This document shows positions 10,046 through 22,670 of a stretch of DNA of 64,000 bases, piece after piece; position 1 is the first letter of the stretch, and every line of letters begins with the position of its first letter. The notes under the pieces are model-generated. The model saw only the letters and a list, made by a program, of their open reading frames with translations. It had not been told where the DNA came from and searched no databases. The DNA comes from Rebecca billardiae RCC1528 (Eukaryota; Protista; Haptophyta): contig OZ251222.1 of the NCBI GenBank assembly GCA_965240325.2, positions 1,984,001 to 2,048,000 on the forward strand, written 5' to 3'. The position numbers were made by a program, and so were the translations under genes.

Positions 10046-10540
10046 ATGCGTCCGCGCCTTCCGTCCAGGTCAGACAGTGCGCCACCCGCAGCCCTGCCCC
10101 CCTACGGGAGCGGGGCCGGGATGGAGCACCGCCTCGGCCTGGGGCACGCGGCGGCGACGGCAGATGCCGCCGCGGCCGAGCGCCTTCCGGAGCACTTGGA
10201 TGAGGGTGAGGTCGTAGTCGATGTCGCCGCCCGCCGACCTAGCGGCGAGCAGCTCCGGCAAGCGGCAGCCGCGGCTGTCGCCCCCGTGCGCCCGCGTGGG
10301 CGCCTGGATGAGGATGAGGTCGTAGTACGCGTCGCCGCGCGCCGGCCAAGCGGCGCGCAGCTGCAGAAGAGGGGCTTGGAGAGTGAGCGCGCCGCCTAGC
10401 GCGCTCTGGGCGATGAAGCAGATGAGGTGGTAGTCGATGTCGCAGCCCAGCCCGCCGGCGGGCTGCTGCAGATGCAGTGCTTGATGCTGGGAAACCTGGC
10501 CCCTGGGCGCGTCACACCCCGCACCCCCTGCCCCACCTAG
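10046..10540 (+). pseudogene. Possible degenerate ORF with three DE(x)EVVV repeats interrupted by an in-frame TAG
   Basis: Three ~60-bp repeats at ~10196, ~10304 and ~10411. The third continues in frame after the stop at 10397-10399. Confidence 0.3.
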
Positions 10541-11444
10541 GGTGGAGCGAAGGGCACGGAGGAGGCCAGCGCCAAGGGCCAGATGGGTGCAGCGGCGTCC
10601 ACCTGCTGCATCGCCCCCCGAGGCGATGCAGCCGGCGGCCGGCTGGAGAAAGAGGGTGCCAGTGCCTATCCCGGACCCGCTGCGTGTGGTTGATCTCCGC
10701 GTGCACGTGCCAGCGCAGAGCAGTCGAATCGAACGTCGCGGGGTCAGCTGGCGACCCGCGCGCTCGGCCCGCCCGCCGCGAGACACTCCTGGCGGTGCCC
10801 CACCGAGTCCCCGGGAAGGGGGAGCCGGCCGAGGGCCCGTCGGCCGCCGAAGCGACCGGCTGAGCCGGGACAACCTGAAGGGCGCGTGGGGAAAGGCGGC
10901 ATGCCTCGTCGCAGGTCCGTGCCCAGTTGCTGTTGGCAATGAACGGTGGCAGAACCCGGCCCCACGCGCACGCATCCATGGAGGCTCGCAGGCAGGCAGG
11001 CCGAGCGCGCTGGCCGCGCTCGTGCCGCCACCCACGCCGCGTCCGACTGGCTCTGCGAGGGCCAGCGCGTGCGCACGAAGGGAGGAAGAAGTGGTCGTAG
11101 AGGTCGTAGAACTAGTCGTAGTCATGTCGCAGCCAAGCAGGAGTGCCGCGAGGCCGACGAGCGCGCAGGAGATTGCCGAAGATGAGCATGGGGGAGCACC
11201 ACAGGCATGCGGCCCCCGCCCCACCAGCCCCGTGTGCTTCGCACCCGGGGCCAGCGAGCGGGGCGGGGGCCGCGTCGGCGGGCACCATCGCGACGTCGCC
11301 AAGGCGATATATATATGGGCTAAAATGGCTAAATCACCCCGTGGCCGTGGCCCGTCGCCTTCGGGCTCGGCCCTTCGGTTGGCGGTAGCGCAGACTCGGG
11401 CAGGCAGTGTGCATCGAAGCATGGCCTACGGCGTGACTATCGCC

Positions 11445-12976
11445 TCAGCATTGGCGGTGGTTTGCCGGGACCGGAGCCGTCGCGAAAGCGTGCGCCACGA
11501 GATCGGCTACCTCCGGATGCCTCGGCACGAAGTGGTCGCTCACGTAGGAGCACGTGGGGTGGACGAGCCAGCCCTCGGTGCGCGCGTGCGCAAACGCCGC
11601 CTTGGCGAGAGTCGCCGCGTGGCCCTGCCGCCGGTGCGCGCGCGGTGTGCCCGAATGCCACAGCTCCATCACCGTCACGCTTGCCTTGCCGACCCGCCGC
11701 TTCCCCAGCTTGTAGCACAGCTCGGACTCGGAGCCATCTCCATGCGCGAGCACGAAGCGGCGCGTGCGCACGTCGTGCTCGGGCGCGGCGGCGCGCGGCG
11801 CCAAACTGTGGTCCGCACGTGCGGCCGCGGCCGCTGGCGCGAGGGGTGGCGCAGCCTCTGCCGAGCCTGTTGGGCTGGCGTCGGGCACGACCGCGTCCTC
11901 GCGCTCGCTCGCGGACGGCGCGGCCTCCTGCCCGGCCACGCCCGCGCCGTCGAGACGCGCGCCCTCCGCGTCGTCACTCAGCGGCGCGCCGGAGGCTGAA
12001 GCCCAGGGCTCGCGGTGCGCGCGCTTGGTCGGCGGCGCCTCCGCACTCGTCGTCCACGCGAGCGGGGGCGGCGCGGCGACGGCGGCGGGAGTCGGAGGCG
12101 CCTCGCTCCCCTCGCGTGACGGCGTGCTCTCGATCGCCATCGACGCCAGCTCGACCGGCGCGGGCAGCCCGGGCGGCCCAGCGCTGTTGACGCCCTCCCC
12201 ATCGCTTGGGGCCTCGGCCACCGGTGGCGCAGCCGCGGCGGCGCCGGCGTGCACGCGTGCGCGCTTGTGCGAGGCGTGCGGTGGCGCGTGCGCCAACGCT
12301 CCGCCCGCCGCGCGGCGCGGCAGCGCCATGTGCAGGATCTCGTCCAGGCAGACGCGGCCGTAGCAGAAGGAGCGCCCCCCCTTCTCCTTGCGCTGCAGCG
12401 CGCGCGCAAACGCCTGCATCGAGCGCAGCAGCGCCGCCTCCTCGAAGAGCCAGAGCGAGCGGATCATCTTGGCGAGGCGCACGTCCCACTGCGTCCAGCC
12501 CATGCCGTCCTCGCGCGGCTCGACGCGCGTCGCGCGCTCCGCGTCCCAGCCCCACGCGCGCGCGCAGAGGGTGACGGCCTCCCGGTAGCCAGACAGCCAC
12601 TCCTGGTCGGCTCGGAGCTTGGCCACGTCGGCCTCGCAGCGCACGTTGAACTGCGGATGGGAGCCGTCGTCGATGGGGAACATCCACCAGTCGAAGTGGT
12701 CGTTGTGGATCTTGTCCCACTTTGCCTGCGCAGCCGCCGCGCACCGCGCGCCGGCGCGTGCGCGTGCCACGGGCTGTGAGCGATCTGGAGCCCGTCGCAG
12801 CCAACTCGCCGCGCGCGCGCGGGCGCGTGCAGGCTGCGCCGACTGACCTCGGCGGCGTGCTTGCGGAAGATGCTGAGATGCTTGCGCTGCTTGGCTTTGA
12901 AGGCCTCGGTCCGCAGAGGCTCCAGCGGGCGCCGGGGCGCCGCGCGCTCCCACAGAGGCGGGCGAACGACGACCAT
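11445..12976 (-). CDS. Two-domain protein: N-terminal HFDWWMFP (OGFr/DUF1810-like) domain plus C-terminal YjdJ/NATD1-like GNAT domain; exons 12976-12848 and 12725-11445
   Basis: A 122-nt GT-AG intron (12726-12847) keeps the frame. The C-terminus MELWHSGTPRAHRRQGHAATLAKAAFAHARTEGWLVHPTCSYV matches the Acetyltransf_CG pattern. Confidence 0.7.
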
Positions 12977-13132
12977 CGTGAAGCGCTCGCGAGTGACGGT
13001 TGACTCCAGCGCGCACCAGGGAGCACGCTCGCCAAGTCCCCTGCTCCGCTGAGCGACCAAGCCTGGCTGGCTGGCTGCGCCGGCGTGCAAGAAAGCCTGC
13101 ACGTGGCCCGTGGCGCATCACGGACGGGCGCG

Positions 13133-14392
13133 ATGGGCGGAAAGAAGCGCTCCGCGCGCGCCCTGCTCTCGAGCGGCAGTGTGCCGTCGCAGAGCCCATT
13201 CGAGTACATGCACGCGCGTCAGAAGCACAGCGTCCTCGGCCGGCGCGTGAAGGGCACCTCGGTCAACGTCGCGCAGGCGCGCGCGCGCGGGATGGAGAAC
13301 CGGCAGCGCACGCTCGCGCCCGAGCTCGAGCGCGAGGGGCGGACGAGCGTCTTCCGCGACGAGCGGTTCGGCGAGCAGGACGGCGGGATGGAGCTCGACG
13401 ACAAGATGCTCGGCCGGTACATGCTCGCCAAGCGCGCCAAGACGTCCGGCCGCAAGAGCCGGTTCACGCTCGGCGACGACGACGGCGATGCTGACGCGGA
13501 CGCGGCCCTGACGCACCTGGGACAGCGGCTCGGCGACGACAACATGCGCGAATGGGACGCGCCAGACGACGACGAGGAGGAGGACCGCGAGCGATCGCTC
13601 GGCTCCGCCGCGTACGTGCGCGCGCTCAACTTTGGCGGCGGCGACTCGGCCGCGGGCGCGGACGACGGCTCGCAGCAGCCGCCAAAGAGCCGGCAGGAGG
13701 TGATGGACGAGATCATCGCCAAGTCCAAGTTCCACCGCGCGGAGCGCGCGAAGGCCAAGCTCGAGCAGACCGACACGATCGCCCGCCTCGACGCCGACTT
13801 TGGCGACATTCGCGCGCTCCTCTCCGCCCACATGGCGCCGACGGCGCGCGAGCAGCGCGAGCAGTCGACGGCGCGCGCGACCGCTGCGGCCGCGGAGCGG
13901 GCGGCGGAGGCGGCGGCGGCGGGGGGCGAGGAGGCGGTGTCAAAGGCGACCGTGCGCACACTGCCGCCCAAGCAGCGCCCGCAGGCTGCGAGCCAGCCGC
14001 CCGCGCGCGCGGCCGCGGACGACGACGCGGCCGCGCGCTCGGCCGCGCCGCCCGCCGGCCCGGCGCCCGAGCCGAGCCGCGCGCCGCGCGCATCGGCAGA
14101 CAAGTACGACGACTTTGAGCAACTCTCGCGCGAGCTCGGGCTGCAGTCGCGGGCTCGGCCGGCCGAGCGGCTCCGCTCCGAGGCGGAGAAGCTCGAGGCG
14201 GAGGCCGAGCGCCTCTCGCGACTCGAGGCGGAGCGGCGCGCGCGCATGCGCGGCGAGGGCGGCGCGGACGGCGCCGCGCTCGGTGCCGTCGGGTCGGCCG
14301 GCCGGGCGCTGACCGACGACGATCTCGAGGTGAACTACGTTCTCGAGGGCGAGGGCGAGGGCGAGGAGGCCGACGACGACGGCGACGATGAA

Positions 14393-14437
<45 letters not shown>

Positions 14438-16194
14438 GACGACGACGAGCTGGACGAGGACGAGCCGCGCCCGCTGCCGCGCTCTGCCGAGGAGGCTGCG
14501 GACGCACCGCCCACGCGCGCTGCCGCCGCCGCCGCGGCCGAGACGGCGGAGGCGCGCGCTGCGGGCGAGGGCGCGGGCGCGGACGAGCTTCCCTACACGC
14601 CGCGCGCGCCGAGCACCGCCGCCGAGCTCGACGCCCTCCTCGCGCTCGCGCGCGGCTCCGCGCCGCGCGAGCAGCTGCTGCTGAACCGCGTACTCGCCAC
14701 GCACCACGTCAAGCTGTCTGTTGACAATCGGCCGAGGATGGCGGCCCTCTTCTCGCTGCTGCTCGGCCGGTTCAGCGCGCTGGCGGGCGCGCCGCCCGTG
14801 CCGCTGCGCTCGCTCGACGCGATGTGCGCGCCGCTCTTCACGCTGTGCCAGATGATGCCGATGGTCGCCTCGGAGCGCGCCAAGGCTGTTGTTGCTGAGC
14901 TGGGCGCGGCCGTGCAGCGGCGGGCGCGGCGCGAGGCGAGGCGCGACGCGGCGGCGCGGGCGGGGCCGGCGGGATGCACGGCGCTCACGCCGGCTGAGCT
15001 GCTGCTCGTCAAGCTGCTCGCCCTCCTGTACCCCGTGAGCGACCGCCGCCACCCCGTCTGCACGCCGTGCACGCTGCTGCTCGGCGCGGGCTGCGCCGCG
15101 CTCGGCCGCGCGCGCGCTCGCACGCTCGAGACGCCACTGCTCGCGCTGGCTCACGCGGCCCTGCTGCTCCACTACTGCGCGGCCGAGGGCGCGGAGCGCG
15201 TCGCGCCCGAGCTGGCGCCGTGCGTCGTGCGCGCGGCGCGCGGGCTCGCGCGCGCCGCGCGCGCGCGCGCACGCCTCGCAGCCCACGCCGGCCACGCGCC
15301 AGCGCGCCGCAGGGCCCTGTCCGATCATCTCGCTGACGGCCTGCGCGACGCGCGCGCGGCGAATGTCGAGGGGGCGTCGGCCGACGAGGGCGGCGCGCTC
15401 GGCGTGCTGCTGGACGGCGCCGAGGCGTTCGCCGCGCTCGCGACCGAGCTGCGTGGCGCGTACGCCGAGAGCGCCGCCGCGCCCGAGCTGCTCGGCGGGC
15501 TGGCCACGGCCGCGGCCGCGCTCGCGGCTTCGCTCGCGCAGCTCGGCGGCGGCGCGGCGGCGCGCGCGGCGACGCGCGTTGGCGGCGCCGCCGATGCGCT
15601 GTCGTCCGCACTCGCGAGCGCCGCGGCCGCCCGGCGGCCGCTCGCGCTGCACCGGCGCGCGCCGGTGCCGCTGCGCCTGCTCGAGCCGCAGTTCGACGAG
15701 AAGCTCGACCTCGACCACCCCGCCCGCGGCCTCGGTCCCGAGGAGGCGGCCGAGCTCAAGGCGGGCGCCCGACACGATCCGGACGCGGAGCGGGAGCTGC
15801 GCGCGCGCGCGCGGCTGCGGCGCGAGCACAAGGCCGAGCAGAAGGCGGCGGCGAGGGAGCTGCGCAAGGACGCGGCGTTCGTCGCCGGGCGCCGGCGCGA
15901 GCAGAAGGCCAAGCTCGACGCCGAGCTCGACGCCTCGCAGCGCCGGGTGCGCGCCCCGCCGTGCCCCGCGCTCGGTTGGCCAGCCCGTCCGCGCGCTGCC
16001 ACTGCGACCGGTGCCGCGTCCGCTGCGCGCCGGGCGCGCGGGCTCGCGCCCAGCCCCGCTCACTCTGACCCGCGCTGCGGCGTGCGTGCCCCCGTGGGTC
16101 CCGTGTGCAGGCCCGCGCGATCCTCGAGGACCAGGAGTCCGGCTTCAAGACGATGCTGCAGGACAGGAAGAAAGCGCTCAAGGCGAAGCTCTGA
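13133..16194 (+). CDS. NOP14: Nucleolar protein 14 (SSU processome); exons 13133-15946 and 16111-16194
   Basis: Motifs SPFE..KHSVLG, FRDERFGE, LTHLGQ, KSRQEVMDEIIAKSK, YPVSDRRHPV and ARELRKDAAF. 164-nt intron GTGCG..CAG at 15947-16110. Confidence 0.92.
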
Positions 16195-16965
16195 GCGCAA
16201 CCGAGCGGCGCGCGCGCGGCGCCGCAGCGCGGAGCAGGTGCGGGCGCGCTTCGCTCGCGCCTGCGCGCGCGCCAAGCGCACCTCGTGTGCCGCACGGGGG
16301 AAAGGGGGAGGCGGCGCCAGCTCTGCAGCAGCGGGCACGCACGCCGGCGCGCCGTAGACCATGGCCGCGCCCGGCACAGCCGCTGCTGCGACAGCACGCA
16401 CGGCGAGTCGAGAGCACGCACACGGGCGCTGGGGCCCCGGCAAGGCGCTCGCACCGCGGGCCGCTGCGCCGGGGGATGCCACGAACACACGAGCTTGCCT
16501 CCTTCGGGAGCGGGGCGGTCGGCGCCCATGGTCGTAGCCTGTCACTCGCACGAGAAGGTGCACGGCTCTCCACGCTCGTGCGCACGAGCCCTCGCTCGTC
16601 GCGGCCTGTCTACACACCGCGGCCACGGAGTCGTGGGGTCCGCGGCTGCATGCAGGCCCACACCATTGCGCGCGGCCGCGCGCGCGCGCCGCTGCTGCGC
16701 GGTCTGCCCATCTCGCATCCGCCGGTCGGCGCCCAGCTCGCTCCTGACACAGCCGACGATGGCCCGTGCCCGCGCCGCAGGCTAGGCCGACTTCGCTTGC
16801 GACGCATGCAGCTCGTGCCGCGCTGATGATCATGATTGGGCCGACTGCTCGCCAGGCTGTGTGACGTGGGCGCCGGCGCATGGTTCAGGTTGGCGACGGC
16901 CGCCTGATGATCGGTACTCTCAAGTTCTGCTGTACAGCCTGTCGCAGGCTGCACTGTTATAAGTA

Positions 16966-16992
16966 TAGAGAGAGAGAGAGAGAGAGAGAGAG
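16966..16992. repeat. (GA)n microsatellite
   Basis: Direct reading. Confidence 0.9.
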
Positions 16993-17339
16993 TGACTGGT
17001 GACTGCTGATCGGATGCCGCATCGATCATCAGCATATCATCATTACCAAAGAATGGACTCAGGGACGAGGGTGATGACTATTATTGACGTCGTCAGACCA
17101 CGGGACCGGCGACTCCCGAAACCGTCGGATGTTTGCATGACTACGACCGCCGGGCGCGCTGTCCGGGCAGTCACAATGCTGTGCCACCTCCGCGAACAGT
17201 TGCAACTCACCGCAAGCACGGTCTGCTGCGCAGTCCTCATCTCTCAGGTGTGTCACTGGAATCCGTGAAGTAGCCGAGCGAGTCGTCACCATCACTGCAA
17301 AATAATAAATAGGGGGTTGGGGCTCGCGTCGAGCAAGTC

Positions 17340-17915
17340 TCAGCCGCGCGCGAAGGCGAAGAACGGATCGACAGCACACGGGATGCCGCCATTCACGACC
17401 GCCTTGCCCAGACGTGCCTCCTCGGCAGACACCTCGCGCTCGCCGGCCTTCGACCACCACATCGCAGCTTGCACAAAGTCTTGCTGCACGCCAAACCCGT
17501 TGGCGTAGCAGTTCCCCAGGCCCGTCTGCGCGACGCTCACCCCTTGGTTTGCCGCAAGCTGCCACCACCTGAAAGCCTCTGACCAGTCGCGCTGGGCGAC
17601 GCCGCGCCCGTTTGCGTAGCAGTTGCCAAGCCCCGCCTGCGCGAGGGCGACGTTGGATGCGGCGGCCTGCCTGAGCCAGCGCACCCCCTCGGCATCGTCC
17701 CGCTCGACCCCTTCCCCGTTCAGGTAAGATACGCCAAGGTCGTACGCACCTTGCGGGTCACCGCGCATGGCGGCCTCCCGAAACTGCTGTGCTGCCGCCA
17801 CGAGCTCCTCGCGCGATACGTACTCGCGCACGATATTGATGACTATCGGCCCATCGTCACCATCGTCACCACTCTCGTCGTCGCTTAATCCAGATTTCGA
17901 CGGCGGCGCCCACAT
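17340..17915 (-). CDS. Sel1-like repeat protein
   Basis: Repeats AYDLGVSYLNGEGVERD, AQAGLGNCYANGRGVAQ and AQTGLGNCYANGFGVQQD. Confidence 0.9.
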   Translation of the reverse strand: MWAPPSKSGLSDDESGDDGDDGPIVINIVREYVSREELVAAAQQFREAAMRGDPQGAYDLGVSYLNGEGVERDDAEGVRWLRQAAASNVALAQAGLGNCYANGRGVAQRDWSEAFRWWQLAANQGVSVAQTGLGNCYANGFGVQQDFVQAAMWWSKAGEREVSAEEARLGKAVVNGGIPCAVDPFFAFARG

Positions 17916-18663
17916 GGCCGTGAGCTCACGTCCGCGACTGCGCGGCTGAAAGCGGCTCCCGCCTTTCCTCCTCTACCCGTCTACGACAGAAACGCGCGAT
18001 GGTTTTCCATCGGATCACGATTTCCCCGGCAGCTTCGGAAGCTGTCACGTCGTTGTTCTCCCGCCCGAATTCTGAAATCTCCCTGTGTGCGACAGCCGCG
18101 TGTCGCGTAAGCGCGGGCGCGCCCGCCCAACCAGCGAGCAGAAGAAGATTGCCAGAAGATCTCAAAACGACGCGCGGAAAAAATCGGCCCCACAGCTACC
18201 GCATTAAATACGATTCGGGGCCCGATCGACCGTGGCCATGGGTATGATACACGTCGGCGTGACTTGAATCAAGGCGGCACCGCTGCGCCCACAGCAGCGG
18301 CGGCCGCGCCGCCAGCGTGCCGCGCAGAGGGCGAGCTACAGGCGCGTCGTTTGGTTCGCCCGCGCCGCGGCCGGCGCGGCCCTGCCCCTCCAGCGGCGAC
18401 CCGTCGCGCTGGCGCCCCCGGCTCCCCCACCCTCCCCAGCCCGCGGACGCGCCGTACATCCGCGTCGTCGCCGAGTGCGTGTCGGGCGCACATATCGCCG
18501 CCGCCCGCCTGCTCGTCGACCGCATGACGAAGAACCCACCACCATCCGGCGAGGGTCGGCCTCACCGATGGCGCTGCTGCCCGCAGCACGCATGCTGCCC
18601 GGGCGCGTGGCCCCTCCGACACCCGCTGCCTGTCAAGCGCGCTCGTCGCAGCGCCCAGCCCGC

Positions 18664-19555
<892 letters not shown>

Positions 19556-19922
19556 TCATTCGTGTCCCGTTCCACAAACCCGACTTGTTCACACATCGAT
19601 CGCAACTCTTCCTTCCGCGAGCGGGGCGCGGCGGGCCAAGGAGGCGGCGAAAGCACCGCTTGGAACGGGTGGCTCGAAGACCAGTCCGGATGACGCGCGG
19701 AGAGTGTGACGCCCGTCGCGGTGCGGTGACGTGCGTTGCAAGACATGACCACATCAAAAAAAGAAACCAGAAAATGTTCAGCACATTTTCTGCGCTGGGT
19801 GGACTTTTTCTCGATCTCGCCTGCCACAAAATCGCTGATTGGATGACAGTGACAGCCATGGCTGGACTTGTGGCCAATGGGGCCGCAGTAGATAGGCGCA
19901 CTTCCCAGCAAACTGCAACCCC

Positions 19923-21845
19923 ATGCGCGCCACCTTCACGTCCAACGCCCCCACAAAGCCGTCGCGGCGGCGCAGTGCGCTGCGCGCCGCGCTGGCGTTT
20001 GGGGTGGTCGGCATCCTCGGCATATACGCGACCGCCACGCTGATCACGTACACACTGCTCGCCGCCAGCGCCGACGACGCGCGCGGCTCAGCGGACGGTG
20101 CTGCCATGAGCGACAGCTTCGCCGCAGCGGCAGCGGAGGACACCCACGCACGCGTGCTTTTCACCGGCGTCAGGCCCGCCGAACCCATCGCTCCTGAGCC
20201 GTCTGCCCCCGAGCGGCGGCACGCGCCCGCCTCCAGCACGGCGTCGCGCGTCTCGGCGGCCGCCGCATCGGCCGCAACGGCCGCAGCGGCGCCAACGCCG
20301 CAGCCTCGACCGGAGCACGCAGCATCGGATGCATGCGTCGACGAGGAGCGCGCGTGCAGGAGGTGGGCGCGTGATGGCGAGTGCGAGCTCAACCCGGGCT
20401 TCATGCGCCGCGCGTGCCGCCGCGCGTGCTACGCCTGCGAGTCGCCCGAGTGCCACGACGTCGACCCGTCGTGCGCCGTGTGGGGCGCTGCCGAGTGCGA
20501 CGCCAATCCTGGCTTCATGCTCAAGTCGTGCCCGTTCACGTGCGGCACGTGCGGCTTCACGGTGGACGAGCGGTGCGCGCGGCTGGCCGACGACCCGCCC
20601 GCCATCCGCGCCGGCGAGATCGACGCGCTCTTCCGCCGCCTCAGCGCGCCCGGCTCGCCGCATCGAACGCGAATCCTCTCGTCAGACCCTTGGTGCGTGC
20701 CGCGCGCCGGCTGCGCGCCACCTGCGCCCGCGCCGCCGCGCCCGGATCGCCGCGCGGTGCGGGCTCACGCGCTCTCGCCCGCGCGTGACCTGGCGCGCCC
20801 CGCACGCCTTCCCCTTCCCGCGCGCGCAGGGTGCTCGCCTTCGACGACTTCCTCAGCGACGACGAGGTCGAGGCGATCGTGGCGAAGGGTGGGCACAATT
20901 TTGAGCGCTCGCTCGCGGGCGACGGTGTCACGCCGGTGCGCACGAGCTCGACCTCGTGGTGCAACGTGGATTCGTGCCTCCGCGACCCGACCGTGCAGCG
21001 CGTGCGCGAGCGCATCTCCGAGATGCTCGGCATCCCGTGGCAGAACGCCGAGCACCTGCAAATATTGCGGTGAGCGCGGCCGCGCGCGCGCGCGCCCAGA
21101 TAATATGCGTCGTCTTCGTCCGTGCGCGCCGCGCGCACTGCCGCCCGCTCACACGCCTGGCGGCGCGCGCGTGGCTCGCGCGCGCACGCGCGCACAGCTA
21201 CGACCCCGGCCAGTTCTACAAGCCGCACCAGTACGCGCACGCAGCGCCCGCTCAGCCTTTCCCGCGCGCGTGCGCTTGCTCACTCGCACCGCACGCACGC
21301 GCGCGCGCGCGCCTACCTCGCCCCTCGCGCCACCAGCGACCAGAACGCTTTGGCCGAGTCGTCGTGGGGCGTGCGTCTGGTGCGCGCGCGGCGTGCGAGG
21401 GCTCGCGCGTCCCTTGTGCGCGCCCGTGGCCGCGCGCACGCGGCGGCGCGCCCTCACCCGCCCCCTGCCCGCGCACGCCCCGTGCTTCTTGCCCGCCCGG
21501 CTGTCCGCGCGCCGTCCGTGCGGTGCGCCTCAGTTCACGTTCTACATGTATCTGTCTGACGTGGAGGACGGTGGGCAGACGCGCTTCAACAACCTCGGCA
21601 TCGAGATGCAGCCGCGGCGGGGCAGCGCCGTGCTCTGGCCCAGCGTGCTCGACGCGGACCCCGACCTCACCGACAACCGCACCTTCCACGAGGCGGTCCC
21701 GCCACGGAGCGGGCAGAAGCTCGGCGCCAACTTTTGGATCCACCAGCACCGCTTCCAGGAGTACCACGCGCGCGGCTGCGACAACAAGCGCTACTTCCAC
21801 CCGCACCACCGCCGCACGCGCCGGCCGGTGCAAGCCGACCCGTAG
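19923..21845 (+). CDS. P4H: Prolyl 4-hydroxylase with N-terminal signal anchor and two ShKT domains; exons 19923-20692, 20830-21069, 21198-21230, 21337-21379 and 21534-21845
   Basis: ShK motifs CRRWARDGECELNPGFMRRACRRAC and CDANPGFMLKSCPFTCGTC. Catalytic core RTSSTSW, EHLQILRYDPGQFYKPHHD, FYMYLSDVEDGGQTRF, FHEAVP and KLGANFWIH, assembled with four GT-AG introns. Confidence 0.9.
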   Translation: MRATFTSNAPTKPSRRRSALRAALAFGVVGILGIYATATLITYTLLAASADDARGSADGAAMSDSFAAAAAEDTHARVLFTGVRPAEPIAPEPSAPERRHAPASSTASRVSAAAASAATAAAAPTPQPRPEHAASDACVDEERACRRWARDGECELNPGFMRRACRRACYACESPECHDVDPSCAVWGAAECDANPGFMLKSCPFTCGTCGFTVDERCARLADDPPAIRAGEIDALFRRLSAPGSPHRTRILSSDPWCVPRAGCAPPAPAPPRPDRRAVRAHALSPARDLARPARLPLPARAGCSPSTTSSATTRSRRSWRRVGTILSARSRATVSRRCARARPRGATWIRASATRPCSACASASPRCSASRGRTPSTCKYCGERGRARARPDNMRRLRPCAPRALPPAHTPGGARVARARTRAQLRPRPVLQAAPVRARSARSAFPARVRLLTRTARTRARAPTSPLAPPATRTLWPSRRGACVWCARGVRGLARPLCAPVAARTRRRALTRPLPAHAPCFLPARLSARRPCGAPQFTFYMYLSDVEDGGQTRFNNLGIEMQPRRGSAVLWPSVLDADPDLTDNRTFHEAVPPRSGQKLGANFWIHQHRFQEYHARGCDNKRYFHPHHRRTRRPVQADP

Positions 21846-22608
21846 ATCGAGATCGGAGGCGGGCGAACGGGTCGACCGCCGCCCGCCGCGCCGATCGTGC
21901 GTTCTGACCAGTCGACAGCAACCACGGGCCCGGTGCCGCCTGCTTAATATTGATAACTGTCCGTTGACGAATGCCGCCGACGGCGTCGCGCCGGAGTCCG
22001 GAGCCCGCGGTCGCGGCCGGGCCGGCGCCGTCGTCGCCGAGAGACTGCCGGCCGCCGCGGAGGGTGGGTCGCCACCGTCCCGGGGGCGCGGGGCCCGTCG
22101 GCGGCCGCCCGGCGGCGGCGTCGGCGCCGGGGCGCCGGCTGGCTGGCGGGCAGGCGGCCTGCGCGGAGCAGTGCTAGTGATGCTACTACGGCTGCTCCGC
22201 GCTGTTACTACTGTTTCCTGGTCGCCACAGCATGAGACTCACATAATCGGCGCGGGCCCAGCGCACGGCACGCAGCGGCTCTGCGGCTCCCGCCGGGGAC
22301 CTCGGGCACGTGATACGTGCCCGCGGCGGCCCGCCGGACGCGTGGGCTGTTGCCAGCCAGGCCGCCTCAACGGTAACTCACGGTGGCGGTCCACGTCAGT
22401 GTGTCAGTGACTCCACGCGGACCGTGAGAGTACGGACGCAGACTGATGACAGCGGTGTGAGCGGAGTGATGAACACCAGCTCCGAGCTCGCCAGCTCGGA
22501 GCTCCCACTCGCTCCGCGGCCGCCATTGTGACCGTGTTCGTGAGTGAGACAGACAGACAGTGAGTGAGTCGCGACTCGCGACCGATTGACACCGATCCGG
22601 TTTGGAAT

Positions 22609-22659
22609 AAGTTGCGACTCGCGAGGATCCAAAGTTTGGATCCTCGCGAGTCGCGACTT
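22609..22659. repeat. Near-perfect 51-bp palindrome just upstream of the carrier start codon
   Basis: GCGACTCGCGAGGATCCAAA-G-TTTGGATCCTCGCGAGTCGC (22614-22654), extended by AAGTT/GACTT with one mismatch. Confidence 0.9.
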
Positions 22660-22670
22660 GTGAAATCACA

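Noticed and set aside
13118-16881. Numerous long overlapping Arg/Ala-rich ORFs (here and throughout the window)
   Set aside because: Expected at this GC content, and each overlaps a well-supported gene in another frame.
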